Shown: positions 56,190-64,000 of the stretch, in pieces
Position numbering within the stretch: the stretch's first letter is position 1
Layout of the letters: every line of letters starts with the position of its first letter
Assembly (NCBI RefSeq): GCF_006345805.1
Contig: NC_043012.1
Location: 7,068,001 to 7,132,000, forward strand
Length of the DNA stretch: 64,000 nt
Source of the DNA: Octopus sinensis
Taxonomy: Eukaryota
Direction of reading: 5' to 3'
Made by a program: the position numbers and the translations under genes
The notes under the pieces: model-generated
The model's input: the letters and a program-made list of their open reading frames with translations, nothing else
What the model was told of the DNA's origin: nothing
Database searches by the model: none

Positions 56190-56518
56190 ATTAAAAGACT
56201 CCGCCGGTTACGACGACGAGGGTCCCAGCTGATACAATCAACAGAACAGCTTGCTCGTGAAATTAACGTGCAAATGGCTGAGCATTCCACAGACACGTGT
56301 ACCCTTAACGTAGTTCTCGGGGATAATCAGCGTGACACAGAGAGTGACAAGGCTGACCCTTTGAAATACAAGTACAACTCATTTTTGCCAGCTGAGTGGA
56401 CTGGAGCAACGTGAAATAAAGTGTCTTGCTCAAGGACACAACGCGTCGCCGGGAATCGAACTCACAACCTTACGATCATGAGCCGAATGCCCTAACCACT
56501 AAGCCACGCGCCCTCACT
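56190..56518 (-). mobile_element. SINE with type D head and type C 3' module
   Basis: Head GTGAGGGCGCGTGGCTTAGTGGTTAGGG; 3' part GAGAACTACGTTAAGGGTACACGTGTCTGTGGAATGCTCAGCC shared with 42800-42900. Confidence 0.85.
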
Positions 56519-56666
56519 TGCCGCATATTAAACGTAAAACAAAGGCATTGGTTTGTCAGAGTTGATAAAGCGTCGGACAAAATTCCGAGAAACCGCTGCG
56601 TTCATGTCTTGCTGGTTTCCATTGTACTTTCCGTTACAATAAAAACAAAATGCAATAAAAACAAAA

Positions 56667-57084
56667 GGATCTTTTTGGTTTGAACGGCAGTTTTTTCTAG
56701 CGGTGTCATATGAAATTGTTACCCATAATTATGACCCTAGTATCGATCTATTGCATTTAAATCTTATTTAGGGTTAGGGTTAGGGGTGGGGGAAGGGTAT
56801 CTTTTATTCTTCACAAATGTAAATAAACCCAATCTGTTTCTTAAACGAGGGACATATTCATACGGCACAGAATGCTTTTTAACTCAATAGACTTCACTGA
56901 TTGGTTGAAATTGCAGAAATTGAAGAAAAAAAAAACAACAAATATCTTACAAACCATAGAATTTTCTCAATAAAGCAAAGAGAAAGAGATGTTTTATAAA
57001 CACATTCTACCAGTATACGAAGTTTACAATTTTTTAGTTACCTAGAAATTATGTTAAAAACTGCCGTTCAAACCGAAAAGATCC
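56667..57084. mobile_element. MITE with ~28-bp GGATC TIRs and internal (TTAGGG)3
   Basis: GGATCTTTTTGGTTTGAACGGCAGTTTT / AAAACTGCCGTTCAAACCGAAAAGATCC; AAA on both flanks; TTAGGG x3 at 56768-56785. Confidence 0.85.
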
Positions 57085-57951
57085 AAACAAAATATTCTGT
57101 ATGATTTGAATTCGAAAGATAAAGAAGCAGAATAAATACTGCCAGGAATTTGTATCCAATTCTCTCCTGAAACCAAGAACCCATCCGTCTGCTATTTGTC
57201 ATTTATTAAATATTGTTTGATTTGTTTTTGTCTCAAGCCTTATTTGTTTCCGTTTATTTTTAGCCATTGTGAAAATGCATGACTTATTGGTTAGTGGAAG
57301 TTCGTCTCACCATCATAATATCGAGGGATCAATTCTCAGATCGAGCACTGTGTTTACTTCTTTCAGGATCGATAAAACATGTACCAGCCGAATTCTGGTG
57401 TGGGTATACTCAACCATATTCTCTCATCGAAAGTGTGGTCTTGTCTCCTTTGTTTTAGAAAGCCATTATTATTTTTGGCGGCGATTTTATTGCTGAGTCA
57501 TGAGTATTGAAGCAGCTCCTGATTTGTCTTGTTACAATGTTTGTTTTCTTCACCGTAAGATTTGTGTTTATTTTGCTAACCCTGTATCAATAAAGAAGAG
57601 GTCGAATTCAATTGAAATATGTGTTTCCCATTTGGGAAAAGAAATTTGTTACGCCTTTCCGCTTGAATGGCAGATATTTTCTACGACACTGCAGCGGTGA
57701 TGGCATTGGAATACGATTTCCATAATAATGCTTGCCGACTTTCTACCTTCGGAGAAAAGAGAATATGATGTAGACATTTTATGTTTAAGAAATATTTGTT
57801 CAAATGACATGAATAATTTCGTCAACTATACTTACATAAAAACAATGAAAGCATGATTCTTCTTTATAATAGTGAAACTCGAAATAGATAGATACAAATA
57901 GCGTATAAATGTTAGACTATCATTTCCACGCTATTAGTTATAACTTTATTT

Positions 57952-58387
57952 AAGGTGGCGGGCTGGCAGAAACGTTAGCACGCCGGGCGAAATGCGTAGC
58001 CGTATTTCGTCTGCCGTTACGTTCTGAGTTCAAATTCCGCCGAGGTTGACTTTGCCCTTTATCCTTTCGGGGTCGATAAATTAAGTACCAGTTACGCACT
58101 GGTGTTGATGTAATCGACTTAATCCATTTGTCTGTCCTTGTTTGTCCTCTCTGTGTTTAGCCCCTTGTGGATATTAAAGAAATAGAAATAGGTATGTCGT
58201 CTGCCGCTACGTTCTGAGTTCAAATTTCGCCGAGGTCGACTTTGCCTTTCATCCTTTAGGGGTCGATTAAATAAGTAGCATTTACGCACTGGGGTCGATA
58301 TAATCGACTTAATCCGCTTGTCTGTCCTTGTTTGTTCCTTCTGTGTTTAGCCCTTTGTGGGTAGTAAAGAAATAGGTATTTCGTCTG
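57952..58387 (+). mobile_element. Self-nested tandem array of the Tx1-tailed type B SINE
   Basis: One head, then body+tail units starting (C/G)GTAT(T/G)TCGTCTG at 58001, 58191 and 58375 (periods 190 and 184 bp). Confidence 0.9.
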
Positions 58388-59770
58388 TGTGAATTTGGAT
58401 TTATTGGTAATTATTATTGGAGTGCAAGTTTCTATCGACTGTTTTTGTGTTATTTCCTGTAATAATTATTGTTCCTGTTATAATTACTTGTGTGATAGCC
58501 TTCCTTCGAAAACTATCGTGTGTTTTCCCCTGTGGGGGAAACATTAATTGCTGGCAAGATGCCGAAAAGTGTAACTTCGTCTGGCGAAGAGTGGTCAACC
58601 GACAGGGAAGCAAAAAAGATTGAAAGCTTAATATTTGGCGATGTTTCGGATTCTTCTGAAAATGAATTTCCCCAACCATCACTGTGTAGTGTTGCAAAGA
58701 GGAATATTGACGTGAAAAGCCTTCAAACAGAAGAAAATAAACAAAAGAGAAGTTTTGTGTTGGCGGCTGGAGGTGGAACCCGCCAGCTGTCGACAAACAA
58801 AAATGACTTGATAAAGTACAAAGATATGACAAGAATTGAGGACGGTGTTGCGAAAGTTCAACCCTCGGAAGAACTATTAATGTTAGAAAAAAGAAAAACA
58901 ATTATTTTTAAATCTCACTGTCTAAAAGGAAAAAACAAATTGATCGAGTGAGCGAAGAGAAAATTGAGAAGTGCTTGAAACCCATCTGGCAGGATATCAC
59001 ATACCTAGCCAGAGGAAAGAAGTTTGGTAAATCGAAGTACAACTAAAAGATATAGAAACTACAAATGCACTCAGTTTAATCTTTAGAAACGCAGGAGGTT
59101 GTTTTAATTCCAATATATATGGGAATGAGGACACCAAAGATACGTATACCATGGATCTCACCTCAAGTCGACCCTATGTGGTTGATGGCAGCAATCATGG
59201 CAAAAAAAAGAAGATAATATAACACTCCTTCAGACTACCGTCACAGAAAAGGCTTATTGGACCGGTCAAACGTTTCACCTCCTAATAAATCAGAACAGTC
59301 AATTTTAGAACAGTTACCGGAGAAAATAGAAATTGGGAAGGAATTCCTTAACGCATTCGTCGAGGGGCGTAAGCCCCGATGTTTCCAGTGTGGTCAGCTG
59401 GGCTATATTAAAAAAAAAACACTGTAGAGACGGTGAGGAAGAAACCGATGGTAAGGAGGAGAGAGAGAGAGAGAGAAAAACAGAAGAAAAGTAAGCAACT
59501 AACAACAAGAGAAAAATGGAAAGCTCAAATCAACAAAAATAGTCCCAAAAAACTAAGACCAAAAAAAAAAAAAAGCTGCGAAAAGAGACAAACCAAAAAT
59601 AGTCAAGAAGGAAGCAGAAGACAGCGGGATAGTCGCGTTATACAGCAAAATAAAGATTTAATGAGAGAAATAAAAGCGAAAAAATCAGCCGCTAGGGTTG
59701 CAGAACTTTCTGAAAAATATAAGAACTACGAGTTCTACGAAATGGATAAAAATACTCATATTACTTATTA
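58388..59770 (+). mobile_element. Tx1-clade LINE 5' UTR + ORF1 (3'-truncated, decayed)
   Basis: ATG 58559 MPKSVTSSGEEWSTDREAKKIESLIF; zinc-knuckle remnant CFQCGQLGYIKK..C (59380-59425); collinear with 44937-46250. Confidence 0.8.
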
Positions 59771-59809
59771 CATGTATTACTTAATATGTGTAGAATTTCG
59801 GGCCTTTTT

Positions 59810-60025
59810 CCTTAGAATAGAACCGTTAGCACACCGAGCAAAATGCTTAGGGACATCTTGTCAGTCTTCACGTTTTGAGTTCAAATTCTGCCGAGGCCGG
59901 CTTTACCTTTCATCCTTTCGGGGTTGATAAAAATGTATACCAGTCAAGTGCTGGAGTCGCGGCAATCGACTGACATCCTCCCCACAAATTTCAGACTTTG
60001 CTCCAATAATAGAAAGGACTATTTA
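59810..60025 (+). mobile_element. SINE type B with the common tail
   Basis: GAACCGTTAGCAC...CTTTACCTTTCATCCTTTCGGGGTTGATAAA...CCTCCCCACAAATTTCAG. Confidence 0.8.
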
Positions 60026-60577
60026 TAGATTTATTTGCTTCGAGTTTCATCATTCCAAACAATAATTATTTCACGTTCTATCGCAGTTTCTAAATTTATA
60101 TGATGTCACTATAATTTCTTTTCTGTTTTTAAAGGAAGAAAGGTTAATGTGTACGTGTGAAAATGACTGCAACAATAATACAAACAAGCCAGAAAAAAAA
60201 AGATTAAAATAACAAGAAAAATATAAAAGTCATTGGGAATAACACATTTACACAGGAAAATATGTTGACGTACCGAATTAGTTCTATCACTAGCGTGACA
60301 GTTGGTACATAGTGTATTATCTAGTTCTTAGATATGTATAATAAGAATATTTAATTGTGAGATATCCTGAACATCAACAAGCTGGATAGTGTGAATCGAG
60401 ACAGTCTAAGCTGGACAGCTTTAAATGCCGAGACAGGAAGTCTTATAGACACAGCAAGAAGAAAAGTCATCAACTTCCAAAACAATTAAAGGAAGAGAAT
60501 ACGATAAACAGAATGAAAAAAAAATGTTATGAAGACATATCCTTTTATGCATCAAAATAGAAATAATAATAATAATG

Positions 60578-60630
<53 letters not shown>

Positions 60631-60631
<1 letters not shown>

Positions 60632-61050
60632 GTTTGACCGTAACCAGTTGAGCATGTCCCTTAGTGGCTGACGATATGTGCATCTCTGATCACGAGCAGA
60701 AGTAGTGGGGGAGCATCATAGCCATGTGTTGAGAGGGATTCTTTGGGGTTTGAATAATTCACCTATGGAAACATGGGTGGTTCTTTCAACATCCTTAAAC
60801 AACCCTTATTCAGGGACCGTTTAAGCGGGATGGGCTACTCAACCTGAAGAAAATTCTAACTGGGCCCCACCTGCAAGGTCATGTGCTGTTTATCTTGATA
60901 TGAGATCACCATGTCGCGCACATATGGTTGTGATGCATGTTCCTGGTGTACCCTTATCAGACGGGTAGTCATGATGGGTATATTGGGCTTCGTATATTTT
61001 ACCCAAGTGTCACTTTGATAGGCATGAACTGCTCTCTCACTCAATAATAA
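60631..61050 (+). mobile_element. (AAT)n-tailed element, 5'-truncated, embedded in (AAT)n
   Basis: Homologous to 3215-3620 (reverse); (AAT)n at 60565-60630 and after 61042. Confidence 0.8.
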
Positions 61051-62011
61051 TAATAGCGATAAAACTAGGGAGTACAAGGAATCCTACTGGTTTATATTTC
61101 GGAACACAGGACACTTGCATTATGAAATCATTCAAAGTGTCTTCGAAGACATTAAAGAAAGCAGCCCGCGACCCACGTATATACCATGTGAAGAGAATTA
61201 GCAGCAGCAGCAGTAGTTGTAGTAGTAGTCATAGTGGTGGTGGTGCTTGTAGTAGTAGTAGTAGTAGGAGGAGGAGGAGGTGCAGGAACAGGAATATTAA
61301 CAGAATTTACGGCAAAATTTTTCATAGCCATATACAAATATAACCATGTTCTTCGGTATTGCTATAAATATTTCGGTTCTTGTATTTAGTTACCACCATC
61401 ATAACAAACGAATCAATAACTCCTTCACAACCAGACAAACACACTCTTCATCCTTTTCTCCTTCCCTCTCTCTCTGTCTCTTTCTTTCGTCATTCTTCCC
61501 TTTCAATCAAGTCTATTGACAATCACCGAAAACCCGGTCAGTGACTTTTCGCTATAAAATTAATCTCAGATTGCACCAATGAACGATAAAGACACATAAT
61601 CTCCTTTCTTGGGTTTCCTTTAAGTTTCGTTTGGTTTCGCTGAGTTTATAGGTTTTCTTTCTTTATTTTTTTATGATTCTTCCACCCGATTTCTTAGGCA
61701 ACAAAACAAAATCTTATACTTGATGGACGGTAATTCTTCACCGGTTATCGTAAACGCCATTCGTCCATTCACAAAAAAATATTTTCGAAATTTTTTTTTG
61801 TTTTTTCTTCATTTTTGTAAATTGCAAAATTATAAATTTGGTTTCTTTCTGCCAGACAATCACAACAAACAGTGAAAATATTTGTTCAGTCACTTCCAAA
61901 TGAGAGTTTCTAATACCAAAACATCAGAATATTATCATCAATATAACATTGTGCACAAGAATAAACTTATACACAAACTCACATCTATCAATTATGTGTG
62001 TGTGTGTGTGT

Positions 62012-62560
62012 CTAATGAGAAGCAAGCTGGCAGGTCGATTTACACAGAATATTGAATACATTTAATAGAAAAAAATGTACATGTGTATGATTATAAAATA
62101 GTCTGACTTACAGAATATAAATGATATCAGAAATTAAATGAGTAGAGTTTTACAAGTCTAACAGCTGTTTCTGGTGGCTTGGTGGTCCGGAATAATGATA
62201 GTTACTTGGATCCGTTATCAGATATTACCACTTCCGTCTTCAGGGGAGAATTTTACATTTGAGGTGTTGACAGGATGGTATTTTAAGATGTAATCCATCC
62301 TGTCAACACCAGAAATGTAAAATCCTCCCCTGAAGACGGAGGTGGTGTTATCTGATAACGGATCCAAGTAACTATCATTATTTCGGGCCACCAAACCCCC
62401 AGAAACAGCTGTTAGACTTGTAAAACTCTACTCAGTTACCTCCTGATATCATTTATATTCTGTAAATCGGAGTATTTTATATCTCTACACAAGTATTTTT
62501 TTAAATTGTAGTTGTTTAATATTCTGAGTTACTCAACTTGCCTAACTTGCTTCCTGTTAC
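62012..62560. repeat. Long imperfect palindrome (~265-bp arms, 16-bp spacer)
   Basis: 62012-62278 is the reverse complement of 62295-62560; spacer 62279-62294. Confidence 0.92.
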
Positions 62561-62734
62561 ATTTACTCATCTACCGGCTCAAGTTCAACTTTCTTGATCA
62601 CTTCGAAGTGTATTCTTCTATATAGAGAACACCTATTCTTCTATATAGAGAACACCTGTCTCTAACCTATAAACTATATGTGTGTGTTTGTAGGGATGCA
62701 TATGTATGTACGTGTGTATATATGTAGTGAATGC

Positions 62735-62900
62735 ATGTGGCTTAGTGATTAGAGCGTTGCACTCACGATCGTAATAGCCTCCCGGTCAGGGCGAGCGTTG
62801 GCTTTCTCATCTAGCCAGCTAGGTGGCATCATACGAAAGCTAAAACAATGCAAAGCGTATTGTGACCAGCGATGTATAACAACAACCGATATTCTGGTCA
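62735..62900 (+). mobile_element. SINE type D
   Basis: GCATGTGGCTTAGTGATTAGAGCGTTGCACTCACGATCG head. Confidence 0.7.
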
Positions 62901-63339
62901 ATACTGTGGTATGTATAATTCCTATTCATCGGTGGAGCTCGAAGCAGATGAAGCTATAAATAATAGCATGTAAATACTATGTTATATGCCCTTTAGGTAG
63001 AAAACTGTGAATGCCGTCCGTAGGATTCGAACTCAGAAGTTCTGCAAACATCACAAACCCTCTACTATTGGTATAAAGTAATCCTTCGATTTTATCGATC
63101 CATTGTAGAAGCTTTGTGCTTAGCAGGGGGAATTGTATGTTATTCACGTCATATGAATTTAGAAACTCTGGGAGAACGTGAAATAATTAATTTTCATCGA
63201 TGTATCTCGAAATAGATAAAGTTATAAATAAAAGCATGTAAATATTGGATAAAAATTGCTTTGAATAGAAAAAGTGTGTGTGGGGTCGGGATGGGGTGGA
63301 GTTGCGTGTGCGTGTGTGTGTGTGTGTGAAAAATCCCTT

Positions 63340-63740
63340 GGACATATGGTTAAGAAGTTTGCTTTGCAGCCATGTGGTTTCGGGTTCGGCTTCTCTGCCC
63401 GGCACCTTGAGCGTCTTCTACTAAAATCCCGGGCCGACCTATGCCTTGCGAGTGAATTTCAGACGGAAACTATGTGGAACCCGTTGTATGTATGTATGTA
63501 TGCATGTATGTGTATATATGTGTGTGTGTATTCGTCTTTTTTTTTTTGTATTTGTGCCTCACCTAATTTATGTTGGATTAATCAACCGGTGTTGGTTTGG
63601 TTAAGCCCGCGTAAATTAGTGTTTCGGCAAAAATGCCCAACAGAATATGTACCATGCTCGAAATCTTAAGCGCCATCCTTGGTTCGCTTGACTAAAATCC
63701 TCGAAGGCGCTGCTCCAGCTTGGCTGCGGTCCAATGACTG
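63340..63740 (+). mobile_element. SINE type A
   Basis: GGTTAAGAAGTTTGCTTTGC head; tail GGCGCTGCTCCAGCTTGGCTGCGGTCCAATGACTGGAACAAG. Confidence 0.8.
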
Positions 63741-64000
63741 GAACAAGGAAAAGACAAAGCTCTAGGATTCTTCATCCTTCAAGGTTTTCAGCGCATCGTC
63801 TGCTTTCATTCAAAAGCGTTGTCGATTCTCCTTTAGAAATCATTAATTCACATCTATTAAAAAACACTCTCATCTTACAGATTTCTGCAAAGAGAATATT
63901 TACTTAGGTGTGTGTGTGTGTGTGTGTGTCTAATAATACATATGCCTGTGTATGTATAATCGTTTGGCTATATGGAACTCGCTTCGCAATCATGTTAACT

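Noticed and set aside
56768-56785. Telomere or chromosome-end signal
   Set aside because: Only three TTAGGG units, located inside a TIR element.
62610-62657. ~24-bp tandem duplication TATTCTTCTATATAGAGAACACC
   Set aside because: Ordinary local slippage duplication with no further structure.

Overview
Animal (non-prokaryotic) genomic DNA, AT-rich and saturated with microsatellites and transposon relics. The repeat families look most like an octopod cephalopod; this is recognition only, not verified. No host protein-coding gene, rRNA, true tRNA gene or CRISPR array can be supported, and most ORF-track entries are translations of microsatellites. Recognisable content: a 5'-truncated CR1-group LINE (APE+RT, 8.55-11.3 kb); a near full-length Dong/R4-type RLE LINE with an in-frame RT-core deletion (52.2-55.8 kb); four Tx1/L1-clade ORF2 3' ends and three Tx1 ORF1 (zinc-knuckle) pieces; a Penelope GIY-YIG fragment; RTE 3' ends; Tc1/mariner, pogo, piggyBac and hAT-type relics or MITEs; four tRNA-derived SINE types. 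Best lead: a SINE variant whose tail matches the Tx1 3' end forms self-nested ~185-bp tandem units joined at a GGTATTTCGTCTG motif, and two diverged Tx1 elements begin at that same motif. This suggests a SINE-targeting (or SINE-headed) LINE plus partner-SINE system. Also notable: several minimal type I hammerhead-ribozyme folds in Penelope-type termini, a ~550-bp palindrome, and a covarying 3' hairpin shared by the CR1 LINE and a SINE. Coordinates were read by eye; element ends are approximate unless a TSD or TIR is quoted.
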